From: Candidatus Yanofskybacteria bacterium
Lineage (GTDB): Bacteria; Patescibacteriota; Minisyncoccia; 2-02-FULL-40-12; GWA2-44-9
DNA length: 64,000 bases
NCBI GenBank assembly: GCA_020852375.1
Contig: JADZAY010000005.1
Coordinates: forward strand, 19,814-83,813
Direction of reading: 5' to 3'
In this document: positions 37,799 to 46,271 of the stretch, one piece after another
How positions within the stretch are numbered: the stretch's first letter is position 1
Layout: every line of letters begins with the position of its first letter
Translations under genes and position numbers: made by a program
The notes under the pieces: model-generated
Seen by the model: only the letters and a program-made list of their open reading frames with translations
Told to the model about the DNA's origin: nothing
Database searches by the model: none

Positions 37799-38860
37799 AT
37801 GCATCAGGCGAAGCCCCATCCCACCCCACTGGTCTACGTGGCCATGTCAGGCGGTGTTGATTCATCGGTTGCCGCCGCCCTGCTCAAGGAGCGGGGATTT
37901 CGCGTCGTCGGTGTGTATATGAAGCCGTGGCAGCCGCGAGGTGTCGCATGTCTCTGGCAGGAAGAGCGCGCCGATGCGCTACGGGTTGCCGACGCGCTGG
38001 GCATTCCCCTGAAGACCTGGGACGTCTCGCGCGCGTATCGTGCGAAGGTTGCCCTGCCCATGGTGCACGGATATCGCAGCGGTCGCACCCCGAACCCCGA
38101 TGTTGAGTGCAATCGGCACATCAAGTTCGGTGTGTTCTATGAGCGTGCGCGCCGCGAGGGGGCGGATTATGTTGCGACTGGTCATTATGCGCGTATCGCG
38201 AAGCGGACAGGTGGCCCCGCACTCCTGAAGGCGGTCGACGCGAATAAGGACCAAACCTATTTTCTTTGGGGTATTCGGCGAGCACAGCTGGCCCATATTT
38301 TGTTTCCAATCGGCGGCATGACGAAACCGGAGGTTCGCGCGTATGCGCGGGCGGCCGGCCTTCCGACGGCAGAGAAGAAAGACAGTCAGGGCGTGTGCTT
38401 CGTGGGGCCGCTCAATATGAAATCATTTCTCGCGTCTGTCATTCGGCCGCGTTCCGGCGTGATCCGGCATCGCGACGGGCGGGTACTCGGGACGCATGAC
38501 GGTGCGGCATACTACACTATCGGCCAGCGGCACGGACTCGATATTCGCGTCGGCGGCGGACCCTATTATGTTCTGCGCACGGACATACAGAAGAACGTCG
38601 TGATCGTGGGAACCGATGGGGATCTGGACGGGCGTACCGCTCGCTTTGTACGTCCGAACTGGCTCGGCCCGAAACCGGCGCTCGGGGCCCGGGTGACCGC
38701 GAAGATCCGGTATCGGACCACCGAGGTTCCCGTAGTCGTCACCAAGGGGAAGCTGGTCTTCGCTCGCGCGGTCCGTGCGCTCACTCCCGGGCAGTCGGTG
38801 GTCTTCTTTCGGGGCTCTCGGGTGCTGGGAGGCGGCATCCTTGCCGCGGCCGCTCGGTAG
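37799..38860 (+). CDS. mnmA: tRNA 2-thiouridylase
   Basis: AMSGGVDSSV, TPNPD..CN, ATGHYA, KDQTYFL, DSQGVCF, TPGQ. Confidence 0.97.
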   Translation: MHQAKPHPTPLVYVAMSGGVDSSVAAALLKERGFRVVGVYMKPWQPRGVACLWQEERADALRVADALGIPLKTWDVSRAYRAKVALPMVHGYRSGRTPNPDVECNRHIKFGVFYERARREGADYVATGHYARIAKRTGGPALLKAVDANKDQTYFLWGIRRAQLAHILFPIGGMTKPEVRAYARAAGLPTAEKKDSQGVCFVGPLNMKSFLASVIRPRSGVIRHRDGRVLGTHDGAAYYTIGQRHGLDIRVGGGPYYVLRTDIQKNVVIVGTDGDLDGRTARFVRPNWLGPKPALGARVTAKIRYRTTEVPVVVTKGKLVFARAVRALTPGQSVVFFRGSRVLGGGILAAAAR

Positions 38861-38986
38861 TGGTATGCTGTGGCCATTAATGTAATTGGGCCGCAGCACA
38901 CCCGATGATCCTCACGAACCGAGCACGCATGTTCTGTGTCACTCCCGGCGTGATCAGCACCGAGCGCTTTGCTGCGCAACGCATCC

Positions 38987-40504
38987 ATGTCACTGACACT
39001 TTCGATCCCCGCAGTCGCGGTGGGGTTTCTCGTTGGGTTCTTCCTCCGGAAGTACCTCGCAACGCGTAAGACAGCGCAGGCAGAGGAGCGCGCACAGGCG
39101 ATCCTCACCGAAGCAAAGACTAAGGCGCAAGACGTCGTTCTTGAGGCGAACAATCGAGCACTGAAGGTGCTTGAGGACGCGAAGCGCGAGGAGGCCGACC
39201 GACGCAAGCAGCTCGATCGCATCGAAAATCTGCTGACGAAAAAGGAGACCGACCTCGAGGAGCGGACCGCTGAGATCGCGAAGGAGCGCACCTCGCTGAA
39301 GCAAAAGCACGATGAAGCCGCGGTGCTGAAGGCGGACCTTGATCAGATCCGTTCCCGACAGCTCGCCGAGCTCGAACGAGTGAGTGGGTTGAACCGTGAA
39401 CAGGCGCGAGAGCAGATGCTCACAAAGGTTCAGGAGGAGTATCGGGAGGACCTCTACCACCAGCTTCGCAAGTTGGATGGCGAGAATCGGGAAGAACTGG
39501 AGAAGAAGGCCCGGGAGATCATGACCATGGCGATCCAGCGCTATGCGGGTTCGCATATCGCCGATGCCACCACAACGGTCGTTACCCTGCCGTCCGACGA
39601 ACTGAAGGGGAAGATCATCGGGAAAGAGGGGCGCAACATCAAGGCGCTCGAGCGACTGACAGGAGTCGACGTCATCATCGACGATACGCCGGGCACGATG
39701 GTCATTTCGGGGTTTGATCCGGTTCGTCGGCAGATCGCGAAGATGGCGCTCGAGAAGCTTATCGCTGATGGGCGCATTCACCCCACGAAGATCGAGGAGA
39801 GCGTCGAGAAGTCGCGGCTCGAGATCAATGACAAGATCCGTCAGGCGGGAGAAGCGGCGCTCATCGAATGTGGCGTCGGTATGGTGGATGCGAAGCTCGT
39901 GTATCTGCTGGGTCGCCTTGCGTTCCGCACCAGCTTCGGGCAGAACGTCCTCATTCATAGCATCGAGATGGCGCACGTCGCCGGTATGCTCGCGGCCGAG
40001 CTGGGCGCCGACGTGATGGTCGCGAAGAAGGGCGCGCTCTTCCATGACATCGGCAAGGCGGTCGACCATGAGGTTCAGGGGACGCACGTTGAGATCGGCC
40101 GGAAGATCCTCGCGAAGTTCGGCGTTGACGACAAGATCGTCAAAGCCATGGAGGCGCACCACGAGGAGTATCCGTACAGCTCACTGGAGAGTCGCATCGT
40201 GCAGGCTGCGGACGCCATCTCCGGCGCTCGCCCGGGTGCCCGCCGCGACACCGTCGAAATCTACCTCAAGCGTCTGGAAGACCTCGAGCGCATCGCCAAC
40301 TCGTTTGACGGCGTGGAGAAGAGCTATGCCATTCAGGCTGGTCGCGAAGTCCGCGTATTCGTGACGCCGAGCAAGATTGATGACCTCGCCGCGCTGGCAC
40401 TTGCCCGCGACATCGCCCAGAAGATCGAAACGGAAATGAAGTATCCGGGAGAGATTCGGGTGAATGTCATTCGAGAGACTAGGGCTGTCGAATACGCTCG
40501 CTAG
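38987..40504 (+). CDS. rny: Ribonuclease Y
   Basis: TM, coiled coil, KH (KGKIIGKEGRNI), HD (FHDIGK), ADAISGARPGAR. Confidence 0.98.
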   Translation: MSLTLSIPAVAVGFLVGFFLRKYLATRKTAQAEERAQAILTEAKTKAQDVVLEANNRALKVLEDAKREEADRRKQLDRIENLLTKKETDLEERTAEIAKERTSLKQKHDEAAVLKADLDQIRSRQLAELERVSGLNREQAREQMLTKVQEEYREDLYHQLRKLDGENREELEKKAREIMTMAIQRYAGSHIADATTTVVTLPSDELKGKIIGKEGRNIKALERLTGVDVIIDDTPGTMVISGFDPVRRQIAKMALEKLIADGRIHPTKIEESVEKSRLEINDKIRQAGEAALIECGVGMVDAKLVYLLGRLAFRTSFGQNVLIHSIEMAHVAGMLAAELGADVMVAKKGALFHDIGKAVDHEVQGTHVEIGRKILAKFGVDDKIVKAMEAHHEEYPYSSLESRIVQAADAISGARPGARRDTVEIYLKRLEDLERIANSFDGVEKSYAIQAGREVRVFVTPSKIDDLAALALARDIAQKIETEMKYPGEIRVNVIRETRAVEYAR

Positions 40505-40687
40505 CCATAACTCTCGCGCAGAAAAAGCCGCACAGTCACTGAAATGGACTGGCGGCTTTTTCGTGCCCTCCGGGTTTGCCCGATTTCATCGTTGCCACTC
40601 CGGTTCTCGCTCACCGTACACTCTTGTACGGCTCGCTTCGCTTCCTCGTTTGCGCCTCGAACTCGGGCAAACGCGAGAAGTTCTGGC
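40504..40687. repeat. Multi-hairpin palindromic element with an embedded terminator, downstream of rny
   Basis: Outer IR gccataactctcgcg/cgcgagaagttctggc; inner IR gtttgcccga/tcgggcaaac; ccgtaca/tgtacgg hairpin. Confidence 0.6.
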
Positions 40688-40768
40688 GTGCTCAAAGCGC
40701 TTAAGCATGTTTTTGCACACACAATAGAAAACGCCCCTGCCGGTGTGGCGGGGCGTGGAGGGGAGGGG

Positions 40769-40987
40769 CTAGGCCTGCTCGGTTTGGAGCGAAAACGTCC
40801 AGCCAGTCCCCAGGTCAAAGGAGGCGGACTGGCCGAGTGTGTCGATGAACTGGATCGCGCGCGTGCCGCCGGTATAACGGTAGACCTGATGCGACCTGAT
40901 GCGGACAGGGGGATCGGTTACGCACACGCCGGTGGGCGCATACACCCTCAGCAGCATTTCCAGCTGCGTTTCATTCGGTTTCGGCAC
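40769..40987 (-). CDS. Small hypothetical protein
   Basis: SD AAGGAG before GTG; TTGACA promoter in an AT-rich islet; terminator downstream. Confidence 0.55.
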   Translation of the reverse strand: MPKPNETQLEMLLRVYAPTGVCVTDPPVRIRSHQVYRYTGGTRAIQFIDTLGQSASFDLGTGWTFSLQTEQA

Positions 40988-41303
40988 CGGGAGCTCCTTT
41001 GTGAAAGACGGCTTATTATTTCAAATTTAATAGTTTTGTCAATAATTTCAAAACCGAAACGCCATGCCGCTGTTTTTGAAGAGCATGCATATTTCCTAGG
41101 GTTTTCCACAGGGGTATTGCAAAACCCGCGTAAAAAGCCCAAACTTTACACTGTCCGTGTGAAAGCCTAGGTTTTCCGCGGATTTATAGAGTGAAACGCT
41201 CACGCTTGGCCGGTTTCCTCAAGAAAACGGGCAAGCCATTCCGGTTTGGCCGAGTTCATGGCCAAACGCGAGCGTTCCACCGCCATAGAATGGGGGTGTC
41301 TAC

Positions 41304-41588
41304 ATGACCATCAAGAAAACTCAGCTCATCCAGATGCTGGCCGACAAGTCCGGTCTTTCCAAGAAGGACCAGTCCGCCCAGTTGGATATCTTCGTTGAGA
41401 CGTTGACCGGACTCCTCCGCAAGGGCGAGAAGATCAACATCACCGGCCTCGGTATCTTCAAGGTTGCAGATCGCAAGGCTCGCGAGGGCCGCAATCCTCG
41501 CACCGGCGAGACCATCCAGATCCCGGCCTCGAAGAAGCTCCGCTTCACGCCGTCCAAGGTGTTGAAGGAAGCGGTAATGAAGAAGTAG
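41304..41588 (+). CDS. hup: DNA-binding protein HU
   Basis: GLGIF, REGRNPRTGETIQIPA, FTPSKVLK. Confidence 0.97.
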   Translation: MTIKKTQLIQMLADKSGLSKKDQSAQLDIFVETLTGLLRKGEKINITGLGIFKVADRKAREGRNPRTGETIQIPASKKLRFTPSKVLKEAVMKK

Positions 41589-41651
41589 TCAGTGTTGTGT
41601 CTAGACACAAGCAGAAAGCCGCCCACCGGGCGGCTTTCTGCTTGGGGATAT

Positions 41652-41771
41652 TGAGCGGGGTACGGGAATCGCCTTCGGTCTGCGCCACTCCGTCGAGCGT
41701 CGCAGCCTCGGGGCCGGGCCTCGCGGCAGTGACCGCTATCACTGCATCGCTCCGGCCGTTCGATTCCCGTA
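41652..41771 (-). repeat. tRNA-Gly-linked structured element (20-bp copy of the tRNA 3' end + core + inverted T-arm copy)
   Basis: 41652-41671 is identical to 41821-41840; GTTCGATTCCCGTA at 41758-41771 in the opposite orientation. Confidence 0.85.
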
Positions 41772-41822
41772 TAGCACTGTTCGATACTAAAACAGCGCCC
41801 ACAGGGGCGCAATTTTAGTATG

Positions 41823-41893
41823 AGCGGGGTACGGGAATCGAACCCGTGCGTCGACCTTGGAAGGGTCGCGTCATACCATTAGACCAACCCCGC
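41823..41893 (-). tRNA. tRNA-Gly(TCC)
   Basis: Acceptor GCGGGGT/ACCCCGC; anticodon arm CGACC-CTTCCAA-GGTCG; GTTCGATTC. Confidence 0.95.
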
Positions 41894-42023
41894 GGCAAAA
41901 ATTATTGTAGCTCAGAATCGTCTAAGCGGCAATGCCGCAACGATTCTGCCCGTTTTGAATTCACCTCAATGAATTCAAAACGAAAAACGCCCCGCTTCTC
42001 GGGTGAGAGGCGGGGCGGGCGTG

Positions 42024-44432
42024 CTACTTTCCGTTCAGCTCGGGATACCGTCGTGCCCGGTAGGCATCGATCCGCGCTTCGATGCGCTGCGGGAACTTGG
42101 GTGGATCGCCGAGCACTCCGGCAGGTCCGTACAGCGCGAGCATGATCTCGCGTGCGACGGGGAGCGCAACGCTTCCGCCGGTCGCACGATTCGCGAGCGG
42201 TGCTCCGAAGTCGTCATATCCGACCCAGATACCGATGGTGACGCCATCGGGACCGTAGGTTGAGCAGATGAACCACGCATCGCGGAAGCTGTTCGATGTT
42301 CCCGTCTTTCCCATCACCTGGATGGGGAAGTTGCTGGTGTCGAGACTGCGTGCGGTGCCACTTGGCAGCCGTACTGTCCCTCGCAGGAGCTCCTGAACGA
42401 GATCCAGTTTTTCCGGAGGGATGGGGAACGGTTTGTCAGTGGCGGAAGCGCGATACAGCGGCGCGCCGTTCGCGTCGGTGACCGCACCGACGATGTGGGG
42501 CGAAGCGACGGTCCCGCTCGCGAGCGAGCGGTACGCGTTCGTCATCTCGAGGAGCGTGACGCTGCTGGCACCGAGCGCCGTCGAGATGTAGGGGTCGAGC
42601 TCGCTCTGGATGCCCAGCGTATGAGCCCAGGTGATGAGTGGTTCCGGCCCGCCGAGTTCGTCGCGGACCAAGCGCAGGATGGGGACATTGCGCGACTGAG
42701 CGATGGCTTCCCGGAGCGGAATGATGCCGAGATATCTCCCGTCATAATTCTTCACCGGCTTTTGCCAGCCGCCCATATTCACACTGATGGGTGTATCGGT
42801 GACGAGGTCGTCCGGGGTTTTCCCGCTCATGACCGCTGCCGCGGCGACGATGCCCTTCATGGTCGAACCGGGCTGCCGCTTGGCATGGATGGCACGGTTG
42901 TAGAGCGTGTAGTTGTGAAGCCGCTCGTCGTAGATGCCGCCGAACTCCGCCAAGATGTCGGCGTTCCGATTGCCGAGCACGACGACCGCGATCTGCGGAT
43001 GTGTTCCGTCGCGGGTGCCGTACTGGTTCACGTAGCCGGGCATGGTGGGAGAGTCGGTGCCGTAGATGCCATCGAGCGCTGCCGCGTTCACGATCGCCTG
43101 GATGTGGCGGTCGGCGGTCAGATGTACACGCACGCGTCCGGCGAGTAGGTCGCTGCGGGAGTACCCGAGGCTGTCCATCTCTTCCAGAGCGGTCGACACG
43201 ACCGCCGGCTCATCCGTTTTTGTCTTCAGTCGGGGAGTCTGCAGAATGAGCGGACGCGTCTTCAGCATGGTGAGACGCGAAGCATCCAGAAAGCCATTCT
43301 CGGCCATGCGGTCGAGTACGGCATTCCGCCGAGCGACCTGCTCGGCGCGGATCGACGGATCGTCGTCCAGCTGTGCGAACTGACCGGGCGCCGGAATGAT
43401 GCTGGCCAGGAACGCTGCCTCGTCCGGTGTGAGCGCTTCCATGTCTTTCCCGAAGTAGAAGCGAGCGCCGTAGGAGACGCCGTACACGCCGTGTCCCAGA
43501 TACACCAGGTTGGCGTACGACCCGAGGATGTACTCCTTGGCTTTCGTGCGCCCATCATACTGACCGAGCACGCCGTACCATAGCATTTCGCGGAACGTGT
43601 GGGACGGCGGGCGCGTCTCGATGAAGTGCTGGGTGAGCCCTCGCTCGAGGCGGACGGCGTACTTGATCTCGCGGACCTTGCGCGTCGCGTTATTGGTCCA
43701 CACCGTCCCCTTGAAGAGACGGATGACGCGCGTCACGATGTTGTCCACGAGCAGCTCATTTCCGCTCTGGCGGAGCAGCCAGTCTTCAAGGTAGATGTTC
43801 CGGGCGACCTGTTGCGTGATCGTGCTTGCGCCCTGCTGACGAAAGTTGAGAACGCTCCGGGTAGCGGCTTTGAACGCCGCGCGCGTGGTCGCTCGCCAGT
43901 CCCAGCCGTCGTGGCTCCAAAAACGCTTGTCCTCCGCGGACACGAGCGCTTGGCGAACGACTTCGGGAACCTGTTCCGATCCGATATTCTCGCGATAGGC
44001 GGTGGCAAGACGGATCGTGACCAGACCGTTTCGATCTAGGACATATCCGATCTGCGCCGGACGCCATTCGAGGAGTGTGCGGGGGTCGGGAGTGTCGCTG
44101 CCGTCGATGTAGATGTACCACGTCGGGTATGCGGCAACGGCGAGTACGAGCACTGCCGACTGAACGGTCCAGCGAACGTACCGATGTGCACGGAGGAAGG
44201 CCCGCGCGAGATCGAAGATATCCCGCAGAGCATGCCCGGCCGTGCGGACCGGTCCCAATCGGGGGTCTGCCCATTCGATGAACGGTACGGCGATGCGATC
44301 GCCGAACTTCCCGAGCAGCCATCCGATACTCGCCATGACCGCTGCGGTGCCGAGGGGCAGGAGTAGTCCTGCCCCTGCGGCGGCGATCACAACGATCACG
44401 ACCTTGAGGAGGACTTCAAGCGCCTCGAGCAT
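42024..44432 (-). CDS. Class A penicillin-binding protein (transglycosylase/transpeptidase)
   Basis: EDKRFWSH.G, GASTITQQVAR, RKVRE, STMK, SRN, KTGT. Confidence 0.93.
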   Translation of the reverse strand: MLEALEVLLKVVIVVIAAAGAGLLLPLGTAAVMASIGWLLGKFGDRIAVPFIEWADPRLGPVRTAGHALRDIFDLARAFLRAHRYVRWTVQSAVLVLAVAAYPTWYIYIDGSDTPDPRTLLEWRPAQIGYVLDRNGLVTIRLATAYRENIGSEQVPEVVRQALVSAEDKRFWSHDGWDWRATTRAAFKAATRSVLNFRQQGASTITQQVARNIYLEDWLLRQSGNELLVDNIVTRVIRLFKGTVWTNNATRKVREIKYAVRLERGLTQHFIETRPPSHTFREMLWYGVLGQYDGRTKAKEYILGSYANLVYLGHGVYGVSYGARFYFGKDMEALTPDEAAFLASIIPAPGQFAQLDDDPSIRAEQVARRNAVLDRMAENGFLDASRLTMLKTRPLILQTPRLKTKTDEPAVVSTALEEMDSLGYSRSDLLAGRVRVHLTADRHIQAIVNAAALDGIYGTDSPTMPGYVNQYGTRDGTHPQIAVVVLGNRNADILAEFGGIYDERLHNYTLYNRAIHAKRQPGSTMKGIVAAAAVMSGKTPDDLVTDTPISVNMGGWQKPVKNYDGRYLGIIPLREAIAQSRNVPILRLVRDELGGPEPLITWAHTLGIQSELDPYISTALGASSVTLLEMTNAYRSLASGTVASPHIVGAVTDANGAPLYRASATDKPFPIPPEKLDLVQELLRGTVRLPSGTARSLDTSNFPIQVMGKTGTSNSFRDAWFICSTYGPDGVTIGIWVGYDDFGAPLANRATGGSVALPVAREIMLALYGPAGVLGDPPKFPQRIEARIDAYRARRYPELNGK

Positions 44433-44500
44433 GGTTTCACCTCTTGTAAACGAACTAAACGAACGCGGTGGTTATACCACGTTTTTCCTATGGCAACAAT

Positions 44501-44651
44501 CTCCACTCCCGCTCCCCTCGGCACCCCGACTCGGACGGTTTCTCGGCGCTCCCGGTCCGGAGCGCCTCATCCCTCACGCTCCCGCTCGGCAGTGACTCTG
44601 CCTCCCGGTCCGCGAAGCCTCGCTGGGGTGCCGAGGCGTTCAGTCGTGGAG
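44501..44651 (-). repeat. Structured palindromic element A (core related to 60451-60592)
   Basis: Stem cctcggcacccc/ggggtgccgagg; minus-strand core GCTTCG..GAGGC..CTGCCGAG..hairpin..GTCCG. Confidence 0.65.
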
Positions 44652-44658
44652 GAAAGCA

Positions 44659-44814
44659 CTCCCGTGCCCGGCATGTCCCCTGAGGACCGTCACGAATGCC
44701 GGAGCACGGACCCGTCAAGGGTCACTCCTTGACGGGTCCGGCACCGAGTGCAGAGCGAAGCCGCCGCGCAGGGGCGGCAAGCGTGTCCGAGGGGGATGTG
44801 TCGGGCGAGGGAGG
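44659..44814 (+). repeat. Structured palindromic element C (core related to the tRNA-linked elements)
   Basis: Long terminal stem; CGAATGCCGGAGCA; 13-bp perfect hairpin ggacccgtcaagg/ccttgacgggtcc; ends GTCCG. Confidence 0.65.
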
Positions 44815-44821
44815 GGGAAGA

Positions 44822-44935
44822 GTCGGGCCGCCGAGAATCGGCCTCGTCTCTCGTGTTGCCGTCGCGACACTTGGACTAGCCACCGCCTCGCGGCTGCGCC
44901 AGCTGACGCAGCATTGCTCCGGCGTTCGATTCTCG
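44822..44935 (-). repeat. tRNA-Pro-linked structured element
   Basis: 44822-44840 duplicates the outer tRNA-Pro 3' end (44993-45011); inverted GTTCGATTCTCG at 44924-44935. Confidence 0.85.
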
Positions 44936-44990
44936 TCAGCTGAATCATTCGCGCAAAAGCAGGACCAGCAGTGGTCCCGTTTTTGTATGA

Positions 44991-45198
44991 TGGTCGGGCC
45001 GCCGAGAATCGAACTCGGTCTCCGTCGCCACAGCGCCTGGGAATGCGAACTCAACGCATTCCCGCTCAATCCCAATGTCGGGGTGCCCAGAATCGAACTG
45101 GGTCTACCTGTACCCAAAACAGGCGTACTACCGGTATACGACACCCCGACATTGTTATTGAGCCCCACACACGTGTACTACCGGTATACTACGGCCCG
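44991..45198 (-). tRNA. Interrupted tRNA-Pro(GGG)-like gene with an insert of about 133 nt after the anticodon that contains a second tRNA
   Basis: Acceptor CGGGCCG/CGGCCCG + A + encoded CCA; intact D and T arms; GGG at 45166-45164; anticodon stem imperfect. Confidence 0.65.
45078..45148 (-). tRNA. tRNA-Pro(TGG), nested in the gene above
   Basis: Acceptor CGGGGTG/CACCCCG; CCTGT-TTTGGGT-ACAGG; CCCAG-TTCGATT-CTGGG. Confidence 0.93.
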
Positions 45199-45267
45199 TG
45201 AAGCAGTGGCATCATACCAGAATCTCCGTGCGTTGGCGAGGGGCATAAAGTATGGTAAAATATATCC

Positions 45268-45339
45268 GGCCTCATAGTTCAATGGATAGAACAGGAGACT
45301 TCTAAGCTCTTGATCCAGGTTCGATTCCTGGTGAGGCCA
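45268..45339 (+). tRNA. tRNA-Arg(TCT)
   Basis: Acceptor GGCCTCA/TGAGGCC; loop CTTCTAA; GGTTCGATTCC. Confidence 0.92.
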
Positions 45340-45353
45340 CTGAGGAAAAGCGC

Positions 45354-46271
45354 ATGATCTCATACTGGAAACGGACAACTGAATCGGGGGCCACGGGGCA
45401 GGTGGTGGGACCGGCGACGGACACCTGGGCGTATGTGACCGACCCGACGGATGCGGAGTTGGATGCGCTCGTCGCCGACGGTGTGCTTGAGCGCGACCTC
45501 CTCCAGGATGCCATCGATCCGAACGAGGTGCCGCGCGTTCAGCATGAGCGGGGAGTCACCTATTTTTTCTTGCGCGCGCCGAGTGGACAGGCGGAAGGCA
45601 CACAAACTGTTCCGCTGCTGATCGCGCTCGCCCCAACATTTCTTTTGACGGTATCCCGTGCCCCGTTCACGTGGCTCGAGCGATTCCGTGGCGAGGAGAC
45701 CTACTCGACCGCGTGGCGCAGTCAGCTGGTGTGGCGCATATTCTTGGCGCTTGCCGGTCGCTATCAAACCACGGTGACCGATATCGCGCGACGTGTGCGG
45801 AGCAATGTCGGGGTCAGCCAGTCCATTCACAATGAAGATATCTTCCGCCTCGTCGCATACGAAGGAGTATTGAACGACATGCTCGCTGCGCTGGTCCCGA
45901 CGAGCGCCATTTTGGCCGGGGTTGCGACCGGAAAACACATGAAGATCTACGAAGAAGATAAAGATCTTATGGAAGACGTCGTTCTCAGTGTCGGGCAGGT
46001 CATTGAGGCGGCGAAAGCGCAACTCAAAACGACCGTGAACTACCGAGAGGCGTATTCGGTGATCGCTACGAACAACCTGAACCGGATCATCAAATTCCTG
46101 ACCTTGGTGACGGTCGTACTCACGGTGCCGATGGTGGTCTCGGGGCTCTATGGCATGAATGTCCGATTGCCGCTCGGCGACCATCCCTACGCGTTCGGAT
46201 TTATTGTGACGGGTACGATCGCGGTGGTCATCGGACTGCTCCGTGTGCTATCGGCAAAGCGCCTCCTATGA
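45354..46271 (+). CDS. corA: CorA-family Mg2+ transporter
   Basis: GLYGMNV signature; two C-terminal TM. Confidence 0.93.
   Translation: MISYWKRTTESGATGQVVGPATDTWAYVTDPTDAELDALVADGVLERDLLQDAIDPNEVPRVQHERGVTYFFLRAPSGQAEGTQTVPLLIALAPTFLLTVSRAPFTWLERFRGEETYSTAWRSQLVWRIFLALAGRYQTTVTDIARRVRSNVGVSQSIHNEDIFRLVAYEGVLNDMLAALVPTSAILAGVATGKHMKIYEEDKDLMEDVVLSVGQVIEAAKAQLKTTVNYREAYSVIATNNLNRIIKFLTLVTVVLTVPMVVSGLYGMNVRLPLGDHPYAFGFIVTGTIAVVIGLLRVLSAKRLL

Noticed and set aside
35723-41110. DnaA-box-like 9-mers (35723-35731, 41102-41110) as oriC
   Set aside because: Isolated single boxes with no cluster, and no dnaA or dnaN nearby.
41652-41840. Prophage or genomic island bounded by the tRNA-Gly 3' duplication
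   Set aside because: Only about 150 bp lie between the repeats, with no integrase or cargo; treated as a small structured element instead.
45030-45162. Group I intron, or simple target-site duplication (TGTGG), in the outer tRNA-Pro
   Set aside because: Too little non-tRNA sequence for a ribozyme core; removing the insert at the TGTGG repeat leaves an anticodon arm 3 nt too short.
44468-45514. Short ORFs across the tRNA/repeat region
   Set aside because: They overlap tRNAs and GC-rich hairpins, have low-complexity translations and lack start signals.
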